Positions 40,182 through 53,581 of a stretch of 64,000 bases of DNA are shown here, one piece after another. The notes beneath the pieces are model-generated. The model ran no database searches and was not told the DNA's origin. It worked only from the letters and a program-made list of their open reading frames with translations. Both the position numbers and the translations under genes were made by a program. Position 1 is the first letter of the stretch; each line of letters opens with the position of its first letter. Origin of the DNA: Paraspadella gotoi (Eukaryota; Animalia; Chaetognatha); contig CM119265.1 in assembly GCA_051294375.1 (NCBI GenBank), positions 24,611,605 through 24,675,604 of the forward strand, given 5' to 3'.

Positions 40182-43100
40182 CACATTTTCTTTCGGCTTT
40201 ATCATTTTTTCATTCGGCACATATTTAAGGTTCTTACTTTATTCTTTATTTCTTTTCTAAATAATTACCTTTCTTTTATTTTCGTTTTTTTGGGGGGGAG
40301 TGTAATTTTCTACTATGAGTCACGAATTTACATATGAGCGAATTACTAATAATAAACATTTTATTTTTTATTTTCTTTTTTTTTCTCTTCATTTTTCATT
40401 CCATTTTTTTGTCATTTTCCTTTTGTTTCATTTTTTTTCTCTCCATTTTCCTTTTCTTCAATTTTTTCTTTGCCTTTCTTTCCATTTTTTTCCATTTTCC
40501 TTTTCTTCAATTTTTCCCTTTTCATTCTTTCCATTTTCCATTTTTCCCATTTTCCTTTTCTTCAATTTTTCTCTTTCAATTATTTCCATTTTCAATTTTT
40601 TCCATTTTCCTTTTCTTCAATTTTTCCTTTGCCTTTCTTTCCATTTTTTTCCGTTTTCCTTTTCTTAAATTTTTCCCTCTCCTTTCTTTCCATTTTCCAT
40701 TATTCCCATTTTTTCCATTTTCCTTCTCTTCCATTTTTTCCCTTTCCCTTCTTTCCATTTTCCATTTTTCTCCATTTTCTCAGACGACAATGCTCCCATC
40801 GACGCCGCAATCTTCGGCCGCAATCTTTGAATCAGCGTCGAATGGAGATGGAATTAAATATGACCCTTTGGTTCAGATGTCGGACGTCGCGTCGCAGATG
40901 GGAGCCAACTTTCAAAGCAAATCTGTTCAGATGGTTAACGTTGCGAGATACGATTGGTTTATTCGTGGCAGTTTGGGTCGTGTGAGCCTAAACGGGGACA
41001 GACTATAAAAAGTAAGATTTGGATTATTTTTTAGACGAATCGTAACGTAGTATGAGACAACTGTGAAAACAAATCGGTTGTCTGTGATCGTTGCTAAACA
41101 GTGAACGGTGAAACCAAGTCGACTCAGCTGGCTACTGTCGTGAGGAAAAACGGGGGAAATTGTTAAAACGAATAAACTTGGATATTGATCGTTGAAATCC
41201 GACTTCGGAAGAAAAAGAGAGGATAAATTTGAGCGAAATAAATTGCAGTTGCTACGGCCGTGACAATGCTAGGGCGTGTCAGATTGACGGAGTGACATTC
41301 TTAGATTAGAATGTTAATCGTTGCCTCGAGGACGGCGCCATTAGACAAGCGAAGATTGCATTCTGATCTAGCTCTCCAGGCCTCCAGGTTGCAATGAAAA
41401 AGATATGTTAAAAAATAATGGAAAATACGAGAGAAAACAAATATTTAAACGAAAGAGAATCGAACTCGCGACTTTTTTATTTTTATTAAAAAAAAATCGA
41501 AAACGACTTCGGAGAAAATCGATTCCTTTGANNNNNNNNNNAGAGAGAGAATTAGATAGGAAAATAAACAACAGAAAGGCAATTTCGAAATAAGTAATGG
41601 ATCTTTGTGTTCGATATGCGAGATAAAAAAAAAACAGGAAACTCATCATGATATAAAAAAACGAGAAAACAAAAACAAACGCAAAACAACTGGTTACAAT
41701 TAGTCTTAAAAATTGAAATTACAATCAATCCTAAAGCCCAGGCAAGTATTTTGATTAAAGATCTCAGGATAAGTAGGAAAGATCAACATTAATATTTAAT
41801 AAGTAAGATAATCAGTAAAAAGCGATACTAATAAATTGTCGACTCGTGAGGAGAAAAGTAGAAGCGAGATTTTCGAGATTAAAAGATAAAAATCATCATT
41901 GAGAAGTTGTTTTGATCGCGTCAGTGGAGAGAAAAGATTTGACGTTTTCTCTTTGTTTTCTTTTTGTTTTGTCTTTGTTGTGTAATATAAGACTTTTTCT
42001 CCTTAAAAACATGACGTCTGTCGCACGAAATAAAAAAAAAAAAGAAAAAGAAATAAAATCCAAAAATTCTCTACTACCATTTCGGATTTTCTTGTCATTT
42101 GACGTTTTAACTTTTCCGTCGCTGCTTTTATATTCAAAATTGTTACATTATTGTATAATCGAGTGATATATTAACAAAGCGATTTTCATCTCTATTCAAC
42201 CACATTGCCCACATGTGCCCACAAATAGCAATCGTGTCTCCCCTCTTTCCGTCCCCACCCACACCCCCTTACTCCCCCCCACGGTGCCACAGCCCTCCAG
42301 AAAATATCTGTCCCAGAAGCTGGAATCTAAATTTTAAAAGAAGGTTCAATAGTAGCATGCTGAAGGGCTTATACGAAAAAAACACTTCCAATCCACAACC
42401 CTAATCTTTTTCTACGGTCTACCTATCTTTCGACGCTTTTTAGATAAAACATGCTATTAAATTGATCAGTCTTACTAAATGACATATTTCTAATTTTGTA
42501 TATGAATCTTGAAGCTGTTTTAACTCATCGTCCTTTCCCGAAAACCTTTTCAATCTGGTTTAAATCTAATTATGCTTTTTGCCGGTATTTAATATTTTTA
42601 AGCATTATTAGAGTAAATTTACTATTCCTTTTAAGGAAAAAGATAAGTTTTATAATATAATAGGCATCGTTTAAAAATATAATTGTATAATATAAATGGT
42701 TTTATATCTATCTTAATACTGAACCTAAGGTTTAGCATGAACATGTTGTTGGCGGTTTTTTCATTAATCTTTAAAAGTGAGAGAGAAATGAATTTTTTCA
42801 ATGCACTTGTCCAGTCACCCAATAATAATTTTTGATTATATAAGAAATTAACTACAAATGATTAAAATTTTCTGTTTACCATTAAGTTACTTGGTTTAAC
42901 CAGGTTTAAATTTCTACGGAACTGTAACGTAATATTTAATAGTTAAAACTATTTATTCATAATAATAGGTATTGCGGGTTTTATGCGGTTTTGAGTTTTA
43001 CAGATGTAATAAGCCTATATCAGGGGAGAAGTCAAAATCGTCAAATTACTAAGAAATATAACTACAAAATGAAGAAAAAATTAATTTTACTTCAGTTACT

Positions 43101-45508
43101 CGTTTATTAAAGTTTAATCAAAGAGAGAGAAGGAGAAGAAAAGTGAAAGAAAGATGAAAGAAAAGAAAGAAAGAAACAGAGTCGGTAAAAAAAAAAAGAG
43201 ACAGAAAAGGAAAAAGAAGAGAGAGAGACGGAAATAAAAAAAAAAGAGAGAGGAAAGACGGAAGGAAAAAAGAGGAAAATGAGGAAGGGAAAAAAAGAGA
43301 GAGAGACGAAGGGAACAAAAAAAGAGAGCAGAGATGAAAGAAAAAAAAGAGAGAGAGAGACGGAAAGAAAAAGGAGAGACGAAATAAAGAGAGAGGCAGG
43401 GAAAGAAAAGAGAGAAGACGGGAAAAAGAAAGAAAAGAGGAGAAAGAAAGAAAGAAAGAAAGAAGAAAGAAAGAAAAAAAATTAAAAAAAATCTTAAAAG
43501 ATAGTATCCGCCTGACGAGAGAAGATAAATAAAGAAATAAAAAAATAAAGACCAAAAATTGACGCGATTGTAACGAATAACGCAATAAATTGATGCGATG
43601 ATAACCAAATGATTGATGCAGATATAGTTCATTCATTGTTATCGATGATAATCATTCATTGATGCTAATGCATTGTCATTCATTGACACGATGAATCGTC
43701 ATCGTAAATAAAACAAACAAATGCGTGTATGAGTGAAAGAAAAGAGAAAGAAAGAGAAAAAGTAGATTCCTCCATCGATTTTTAATTTTGTCAGAACGTT
43801 TTACTCATTTTTTACCCTATTTTTTTTGACACGCTAAACGTTTCTCTTATTTACGCAAGTAGATTTGTGTGAATCAAAAACTGTAATATCAATAGTTTAG
43901 TGTTATGTCTCGAATAGACGGAAAAAAATGCCGTCTCGTTTTAAAATTCATTCGGAAGTGAGGATACGAAGCCTTACCAGTGGCATTTGTCACCGTCGAA
44001 CATTCTTGAAACAATTATTTTATATTATTAAATATGTTTGAAGAAACAAAATTTGCAGAATGCGGTTCCGCCTTGTATGCAACATCAAGTAAAAATGGGT
44101 TTTTTAAAAAGTTTTTGGGCACCTTCGCATGTCTTGGGGCTTGGGGGCAAAAGGAGCGAATTATAAAATTTTACCTTTTAATCAGTAACAATGACATTCA
44201 AGATGAGTAGATTTTATTTTTTTTTTCCTTCACTTGAAATTTTTAGATATTAAGAAGAAAAAAATAACGCCGTAAAAATAAATTATCTTTTTTCTATTAA
44301 TAAAAAAAATTATCAATACAATTTAACACAATGATGTCTTGCTTTGTCAAATAATGTTCCCCAGCTAAATGTTAATTTTTTAAAATTTTATTATGATAAA
44401 CAAGCAGCTTATTGTCAAGCTTTTTGTTTGCAGTTGAGAGATAATGAGAAATGACGATTTTTTCTCAACAGACAAGAAGGTTAGAGACGTCCAGACTGTT
44501 TATATATTAAGCTGAAAACTTTTTTTTATTTATTCATTTTTATATTAAAAAAACATTTATCAAGCTAGACTACATAAATTTTTGCTTGTTTTGTTACTTT
44601 AACTGAAAAATGCAAGCAATTTTATGCAGTAGAGAAAATTTAAAATGTAAGTCAAAAATGTAATTTTAGTCTTTGCTTTTTCAATTAAGAAATGAAAAAC
44701 AAGCAAATTTCATATAGCTTCAATGAAATTTATTAATGCAAAAAATTGTGTATTACTAATTTAACTCCATTTAATAATAGGTGTGTCAGAAGATATTATG
44801 GTATAAAATTTAATAAAAACTTATTTAGAAAGGTGTCCCATGATTAGGGCTTAATTTAATACCTCGCCCCAACGTTTCTATTCTTTCTTTCAAAGTTATT
44901 CAAGAAATAACTTTTTTTAGCGCGTTAGAGTAACTAAAGATTTTGAACTAACGCAGTACTAAATCTTGTAGTTAAATAAAAATTTCGGGAGACGCAGGAG
45001 TATCTCATTTATCCGTAATTGGTACAATGACTCTAAATATTCTAAAATAAAACCTAAAGAAAAATTTTCTGCCCTCTTAGAGACTTTATGACTAGCAGGT
45101 GTACCGCAATTGTCCTTTACTCATTTATGGATTAGTGTTTGGAAGAATATCAGTGAAACGTTCCCTCTTTTTTTTAAATGGTAGTTTTGTACTAGCGCGT
45201 CAGAATTAAGAAGAAATCGAAAAATTTTATTCTACAAATTTTGCTTCAAGGCTGACGTTTATGACTATATTCTCAGAAATCATTGTTGAGTAATTTTAAA
45301 AGTTTTTTTTGCAAGTGAATATATTGATATTCATCCTCCAGGGACCGGCATAAATATATAAAAAATATATATGATATTAGCTCTCGGGTGAGGTATCTAG
45401 AAAAAAGCGTGACCGCCGACTGCGAGACGAAGACACGACAGACAACGACGAAGTCATCAAAGAAGTAGTGATCCAAATCGAGATAAACGAACAAACGCGT
45501 GTATGTAG

Positions 45509-45539
<31 letters not shown>

Positions 45540-46039
45540 CCAGACAGACAGGACTAAATCTCGAGAGCCGTGAAATAAATATTTCGGATTCAAGTAAATA
45601 ATTAATTGGACTATTAATAATAACTTGAATTAATTAATTAGTATTTATTTAATTATTAATTATTTAATTACCGATAACGATCGTGGGGCAGATCCGACAT
45701 TTGTTTACACTACTTGTTTATTAATTCTAAGTTCCACATGTTATTCTGCATATTGCAGTATTTTAAAATAAGGATAAAAATCTTCTGAATATTAATAGTA
45801 TGTGGTTTAGGTTAAAAAATATATCTAAAGCAATATAATTTTTTTTTTTTAAAATGGTTTAATGGTAAAATTAATTTTTTTTTGTACGCTTCGCATCCAA
45901 GAATAGATCAAGAAAGAAGATAATAAAAGTATCAATAAAAAAAATAAAATTTAAAGAAATTGATGAGTATAAATTTTAAACCCAAAATGAAGGAGGTGGG
46001 TGGGCTGGGGCAAATAAGAAGAGCATGTTTGCTTGATCG

Positions 46040-47531
46040 GATCGGGTTTACCTGGAGCTCTATACAGTTCAGTGACGTGGTCCGGAGAAATGTTAAACCT
46101 GGAGGTCTCTCTATACAAGCTTTCTCAGTGTAGGCGAATTGTGGGTCCGAGAAGATGGGGAGTTTAACCTTGGAGGTCTCTCTATACAGCTTTCTCAGTG
46201 TAGGCGATTGGTGGGGTCCGGAGAAGACGGGATTTAACCTGGAGGTCTCTCTATACAAGCTTTCTCAGTGTAGGCGATTGGTGGTCCGGAGAAGACGGGA
46301 GTTTAACCTGGAAGGTCTCTCTATTACAAGCTTTCTCAGTGTAGGCGATTGGTGGGGTCCGGAGAAGAGCGGGAGTTTAACCTGGAGGTCTCTCTATACA
46401 ACTTTCTCAGTGTAGGCCGCTTGGTTGGTCCGGAGAAGAGCGGGAGTTTAACCTGGAGGTCTCTCTATACAAGCTTTCTCAGTGTAGGCGATTGGTGGTC
46501 CGGAGAAGAGCGGGAGTTTAACCTGGAGTCTCTCTTATACAAGCTTTCTCAGTGTAGGCGATTGGTGGGTCCGGGAAAGAGCGGGAGTTTAACCTGGAGG
46601 TCTCTCTATACAAGCTTTCTCAGTGGTAGGCGATTGGTGGGTCCGGAGAAGAGCGGAGTTTAACCTGGAGGTCTCTCTATACAAGCTTTCTCAGTGTAGG
46701 CGATTGGTGTCCCGGAGAGAGCGGGAGTTTTAACCTGGAGGTCTCTCTATACAAGCTTTCTCAGTGTAGGCGATTGGTGGGTCCGGAGAAGAGCGGGAGT
46801 TTAACCTGGAGGTCTCTCTATACAAGCTTTCTCAGTGTAGCGATTGGTGGTCCGGAGAAGAGCGGGAGTTTAACCTGGAGGTCTCTCTATACAAGCTTTC
46901 TCCAGTGTAGGCGATTGGTGGGCGACCGCCTCCGTGAGAGGTTGAGAGAGCGGGAGTTTAACCTGGAGGTCTCTCTATACAAGCTTTCTCAGTGTAGGCG
47001 ATTGGTGGGGTCCGGAGAAGAGCGGGAGTTTAACCTGGAGTCTCTCTATACAAGCTTTCTCAGTGTAGGCGATTGGTGGTCCGGAGAAGAGCGGGAGTTT
47101 AACCTGGAGGTCTCTCTATACAAGCTTTCTCAGTGAGGCCGATTGGTGGGTCCGGAGAGAGCGGGAGTTAACCTGGAGGTCTCTCTATACAAGCTTTCTC
47201 AGTGTAGCGATTGGTGGGTCGGAGAAGAGCGGGAGTTTAACCCTGGAGGTCTCTCTCTACAAGCTTTCTCAGTGTAGGCGATTGGTGGGTCCGGAGAAGA
47301 GCGGAGTTTTAACCTGGAGGTCTCTCTATACAAGCTTTCTCAGTGTAGGCGATTTGGTGGGCCGGAGAGAGCGGGAGTTTAACCTGGAGGTCTCTCTATA
47401 CAAGCTTTCTCAATGTAGGCGTTGGTGGGTCCGAGTAAGGAGCGGAGTTTAACCTGGAGGTATCTCTATACAAGTTTCCTCAGTGTTTAGGCGATTGTGC
47501 GGTCCGGAGAGAGTGGCGAGTTTAACCTGGA
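46040..47531. repeat. Tandem satellite, ~70-bp unit, about 21 copies, running into a gap
   Basis: Unit GTTTAACCTGGAGGTCTCTCTATACAAGCTTTCTCAGTGTAGGCGATTGGTGGGTCCGGAGAAGAGCGGGA repeated head-to-tail with no spacers. Confidence 0.95.
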
Positions 47532-48325
47532 NNNNNNNNNNNNNNNNNNNNNNNNNGAACGAAATGGAATGAGAAGACTGAATGAGGAATGAACGATAAA
47601 GAAAAGTTGAATGACGAATAAAGAAATGAAGAATGAAAAGGGTTGAATATGAATGAACGATAACAAAAGTCGAAAAATAAAAACCCGCAATGATCATTGT
47701 TTAAAAAATAAATAGATGTTCAACTCTAAAATTTAAACAAAAGTATACTGAATGTTGATTGAAAAATTAATCAAAAATTTATGACGAATATCAACAGACA
47801 AAACGAATAACTATTAAAGAAAGAAACACATTAACAGTTTAAAAAGACAATGATAATTTAGCTAAAAGTATATGCTCAATTTTGTCTCCGCATAATCCCT
47901 GACTAGATATCAAAGATGAAAACTTTTGTACAAAAAAAGTCGCAAAAAAAGCGGGAAATAAAAAATTGTATTCTGCGGGCAAAAGAAAAATGGGGGAAGG
48001 GGAGAGCGGTCGTGAGGGAGGAGGTTTGCGGTCGGGGGNNNNNNNNNNNNNNNNNNNNNNNNNNNNNNNNNNNNNNNNNNNNNNNNNNNNNNNNNNNNNN
48101 NNNNNNNNNNNNNNNNNNNNNNNNNNNNNNNNNNNNNNNNNNNNNNNNNNNNNNNNNNNNNNNNNNNNNNNNNNNNNNNNNNNNNNNNNNNNNNNNNNNN
48201 NNNNNNNNNNNNNNNNNNNNNNNNNNNNNNNNNNNNNNNNNNNNNNNNNNNNNNNNNNNNNNNNNNNNNNNNNNNNNNNNNNNNNNNNNNNNNNNNNNNN
48301 NNNNNNNNNNNNNNNNNNNNNNNNN

Positions 48326-48361
<36 letters not shown>

Positions 48362-51300
48362 GCTTGTCAAGCAGAGAATATTATTTGAATGGGTTAGGAA
48401 ATCATTGCATAGGCGCATTAATGCGAATTGTTTGTGAATTGGCATTTTTTCGAAGGGAACAAAACAAAACAAAAAACAGAATCGTTGAAAAGGGAAAAAT
48501 GAAAGGTCAAATACTAATGAGAAAGAAAAGGGGAAAAAATAACAAAAAAATTAGAACAAAGAAGAAAAAGATCAAAGAAAATAAAACATTTTTTTATTCA
48601 AGACAAAAAGAAAGGGGACAAAAAAGGGAGAAAATAGTGAAAAGAAAGGAAAAGAATGGAAAAGAAAGGAAAAAGAGAATGGGAAAGACAAAGGTGAGTG
48701 AAAGATGGAGGAAAACGGACATCGGGCAAAGTCCAGTGAGGCTCGTGAGCTTTTCGGAGGTGAAGCTCCTGGGTCCTCGAGTGAGGGATGAGGTAAGGCG
48801 AATTGGTGAGGTGGGAGATTGGTGAGGTTGGAAGAGAACGAGAGAGAGGGAGAGTAAGAGTCGTGGATTAAAGTATGTGATTCTGTGAGATGGAAGCAAA
48901 GTGTGTTTTTGTTTCTCAGTGAAGATAAATTGTAAAAGCGGGATGTGAATTGAGTAGAGATGAAGAGTGAAAGAGATTTAGTTATAATAAAGCGTAACGG
49001 TGCTGGCAGAGATGACAGAAATGTGAATAGCAATCAATATTACATTAAAAAAAGGTGCAACGGTAACGATATGGAAGGTAGTCTTAACGGACAGTTGCTT
49101 GCTGGGAAAAGGAAAGCATGAAAGAGAAATAAGAGTAAAGTAAAGAAGTTAAAAACAGTGACGAGAGCAGATGGAGGTGGCAGGGATCTCGAGCAAAGGA
49201 AAGGAGATGCAAGCTGAAAAGGCAGAGAAACGGAAATTGTAAAGAGAAATGAGAGCAGAAAAGTGGTAGTTGCAAACAGAGGTACAAACAGAGGAAGATT
49301 AAAGCGTCAAAGATTGAAAACATGTATGTACGAAAAAAAGATCGCCCAAAAAACAAGCCCGGCGCTAAAGCTGAAAGATATAAATATGTACTTTCTGCGC
49401 GAGCAACAAGAAAAATGGAAGCGCGAGCAAGCGGCAGAGCTCGGTCGATGAGGGTAGAGAGAGCGCTTTGCCGGTCGGGGGGGCGGCTTGCGAGCATCCC
49501 CGAGCGACCAAGAATCCTTGGGCTGTTGACGACGAAAAATGGGTCAGAGGCTTCTGTTATATCAACCTCGACACCAATGACGACAGCCGCTAGACCAGTG
49601 CGCTGTCGCCAGCCATGCCCGGTCACTCGTCGAGTGCAGAAGCAATAATCCAGGCTGGCTTATCGGGGAGGCAGACAATCGCTCCACCTGTGCCTTATTC
49701 CGGCCAACACTTAAGGGACGCAAACATGACATCGTGCTGTTCGCACGATCAGTTGCCAGAGATTACTTCCGTCCAACAGCAAGATGGCGCTATGGATTAG
49801 AACGCACCACAAGAGGGCCGTACTGGGGCGTTTTGAGGACGAATAGATGCAGCGCAGACGAGGAGAGACAAAGATCGTGATGCAGAAGGAGGATGAGAGA
49901 GAAGAGACTGAGAGAAGAGAGAGAGAGAGAAGAGATGGTACGTAGCAGAGAGAGAGAGATCGCAACGCTGAGACGAGACGAGGCAGAAATGCGTGTTAAG
50001 CCAGAGAATATTATTTTGAAATGAGTTAGGAAAATCAATTGCATAGCGCAATTAATGCGAATTGTGTTGTTGCAATTGCAATTATTTTCGAAAGGGAACA
50101 AAACAAACCAAAAACAGAATTCGTTGCAAAAAGGGAAAAATAGAAAGGTTCAAATACTAATAGAGAGAAGAATAAAGGGGAAAAAACTAACAAAAAAATA
50201 TAGAACAAAGTAAGAATAAGATCAAAGAAAATAAAACAGTTTTTATTATTCTAAGACAACAAAGAAAAGGGGACAATAAAAGGCGAGCAAAATAGTTGAA
50301 AAGAAAGGACAACAAGAATAGCGAAAGAAAGGAAAGAAGAGCGGAGATGGCGCAAGACAGCAATGGTGCGAGTAAGAAGTCGAAGTGGAAAAATCGGAGC
50401 ACTCCGAGGCAACGAAGTCTCACGTGCATGCGTACGTCCGCAGCTTTCTTCGCAGTAGGTTGCAAGTCAGCCTAGGGTCTCGACGTGGAGGCGAATGAAT
50501 GGCTACAGCTGCGACGAGTGGTGCACGCTGGTGGTAGATGATTGGTTGAGAGTACTGGAGAGCAACCGTGAAGAGATGAGGTCAACCGCGAAGAACAATA
50601 AGCAGTCACACGTGGGATTAAAAAGTATGACTATTACTGATGTTCAGTGCAGATGGAAGGCAAAGTGTGTTCTCCTGGTTTGTTCTCAAGTGAAGATAGT
50701 CAATTTGTTAAAAGACGCGGAGTCGAATTGCAGTACGAGATGAAGATCCTGAAAGAGAAGTCTTAGTTATAAATATAAGCCGTAAACCACGGTGCTGCCG
50801 CAAAGAGCTTGACCAGAACATTCAGATGATAATCCTAACTACAAATGTAGTGCCACTCCAATTTACTGTGTTAACCACTTAACAAAAAAAGCGCCATTGA
50901 CAACGGTACCATGCACAATAATGGAACACAGTAGTCTTCAACGGACAGCACTTGCCTTCAGCTGACGAAAAGGACAAGCCGATGAAAGAGACAAATAAGC
51001 AGTAACAAGTCGTGAATAAGAAGTTAAACCACAACCAGTGACCAGAGAGCAGACATGGACCGCACCTAATCGCGCAGCTGGTGGCCAGCGAACCTCCAGC
51101 AGGACAGCAGAAAGGAGACTGACAATCTGCAAAAAGCGCAGAGCACAACGGGAAATCATGCTAAGAGAAAATGAGAGGCAGCAAAATGCCGTTAGTGCAC
51201 AAAACACAACTGGCATACAAACAGGCAGAAGCTTAGGTCGTTAAAGCAAGACACAAGGCTAAACAAATAAGGGTTCGATCTTGCAGACACATGAATGCGA

Positions 51301-52940
51301 ACACGTGCGGAAAGGAGGATGCCAACAGAAGTGAACAACACAGAGGAAGTAGAGGCTTCTTACCTCTTTCCTTGCTAACACACTCAAGCGAAAACGAAAC
51401 GCAGAGCGGCGTTGCAAACAGAATTTGCGCAAACAGTAGCCGGNNNNNNNNNNNNNNNNNNNNNNNNNAAAGGAGATTCAAACAGAAGTGCTAAGAAAGA
51501 AAGGGGAGTTGAAAACAGAAGTGCAAACAGAGGAAGTGTGCGNNNNNNNNNNAGGAAACGAAAGGGGGCTTGCAAAAAGAATTGCGAACAGTACAAAGGG
51601 AGATGCAAACAGAAGTGCAAAGAGAGAAACGGGAGATGCAAACAGAAGTGCGAACAGAGGAAGTAGGCGTGGCAAGCCAAGGAAAGGAAAGGAGGCGCGG
51701 CGGCGCGACTCGAAATCCTTGGGAGAAAAAAAAAGAAAAATGACATGAAAAACGGATTCACTGTCGAGAAATTCTCTTTTGCCGCCGGCGAAGACAAGGA
51801 GAGGAAAAGGCCTTTATTTTTGCATGAACAGACAACAAAGAAGGACAAAGAATGGCGCAAAACAGCGACGAATTGGCAGTAGACGATAACGAGTGACAAT
51901 GAGTTTTATCTTATAATAAAGCTGTAGAACCTCCGTCTGGCAGATGATGACGAAATAGTATAGACCATATTCATATTACATTTAAAAAAAGTTTGCAACA
52001 TGTCACATATGAAGTAGTTCTTTAGGGACAGTTGCTTGCTAATGGGAAAAGAGAAGCGATGAAAGAGGAGACATAAGGAGTAAATGTAAATAGAATTTGG
52101 TCAACACACCAGTATGAGAGCAGAGGAAGAGGGGCAGGACCTATATCTCACAAAGATGGAGAAAGGTAGCATTGACATGAAAATCACGAATTAAAGAGAA
52201 GAATATGAGAGCAAGAAAATATGTGTAGTGGAAACAGAGGTTACATAACAGATGGACAAGCTGCCGTAGAGGTTATTTAGAAAAAACACAAGTGGAAACA
52301 AAAAGTCTGGATGTTTGGGCACAGAATTGCGAACATTGCGAAAGGAGAATGCAGGATAACAGAATGAAACAGAGGATCATCAAGTTGATTCATTAACAAC
52401 TCAAGAAACGAAAGAGGGTTGCAACAGAAATTGCGCAACATTTTGAAAGCAAATTTCAAACAGAAGTGCTTAAAGAAAGAAAGGAAGTTGAAAAACGAAG
52501 TGCAAACAAGGAATCTGTAAAAAGGTGTCTCCCACGTCTACATAAATCAAACTCAAAGGTGCAACTACGATAGGGGGCTGTTGCAAAAAGAAATTATGTG
52601 AATACGATACAAGGGACGAGCAAACGAGACAGTCTTGCTCACCAAGACGAGAAACGTGGATGCAAACAGAAGATGTGGAACAAAGCCAAGTATGGCGTGG
52701 CAAGCCAGAAACGAAAGGAAGGCGCGTCGCGCGCTACTCGAAATCCTTGGATGAGTAAAAAAAAGAAAAAATATGAGACATGAAAATCGGGAATTCACTG
52801 TCCGAGAAAGTTATCTTTGTTGCCGCCGAGGCGAGTCATAACAAGGAGGAGGAATGAGAAGGCCTTATTTTTTTGCAAAGAAAGACAACAAGAATGCAAC
52901 AAAAGAATGCGGCAAAAACACACGCGAGACGAGCGAGAGA
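48326..52940. repeat. Two to three noisy copies of the same 1-2 kb segment (probably raw long-read gap fill)
   Basis: 48357-49330 recurs with many single-base insertions at ~49985-51260 and again in part at ~51890-52300; 51400-51860 recurs at ~52400-52920. Confidence 0.75.
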
Positions 52941-52949
52941 TAGACAGAC

Positions 52950-52981
<32 letters not shown>

Positions 52982-53549
52982 CGAGAGAGAGTAGGAGAGA
53001 CCAGAGCAGCGACGAGAGAGAGAGGTTCTCGCTTTTCCAATTATTGGCGAGCCGGAATTAGTCTTGGCACAAGACCATCACGCAAAAGAGTGAGCGGAAA
53101 AAAATCGCCGGTAAACTGGCGAGAAAAATATGGAGAGGAAAAAATTTTCTTTTTAAAAAACCTGAAAAATTGCAGACTTTATTCACTCATTTTTTCTGTC
53201 TATTTCTTTCAATTTTTTTCTTTTTAAAACTCCTTTTCCTTATTCTTCTCTCTCTCTGTCACTCTCTCGCCTTCTCTCTCCTCCATTCTCTCATCTCCAT
53301 TCTCTCTCTCCCTTCTCTCTTCTCTTCCTCCGTACTCCTCGACGTATCCTGAATTTTTACATATTTTTTGTCCGTTCGTAATTTTAAAATTCCTAACCGA
53401 AGGTTTTTTTTTAAGTTTGCTATGAGTCCGGAGTATTCGTACATTGTCTGGGTCGTCCGTGATATTCCGGACTCTCCTTTCTTTCTCTATTTATTCGTCC
53501 CACTCTTCTCTGTCTGTCTCATCAGTATGGTTTCCTTTCTCTATCTCTA

Positions 53550-53581
<32 letters not shown>

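Noticed and set aside
46040-47531. CRISPR array or repeat-protein ORFs
   Set aside because: No variable spacers; the ORFs are translations of a satellite that shifts frame.
48326-52940. Recent segmental triplication or novel ORFs
   Set aside because: Copies differ mainly by scattered single-base insertions beside gaps, typical of raw long-read gap filling. ORFs there, including the GC-rich 49430-49810 patch, are unreliable.
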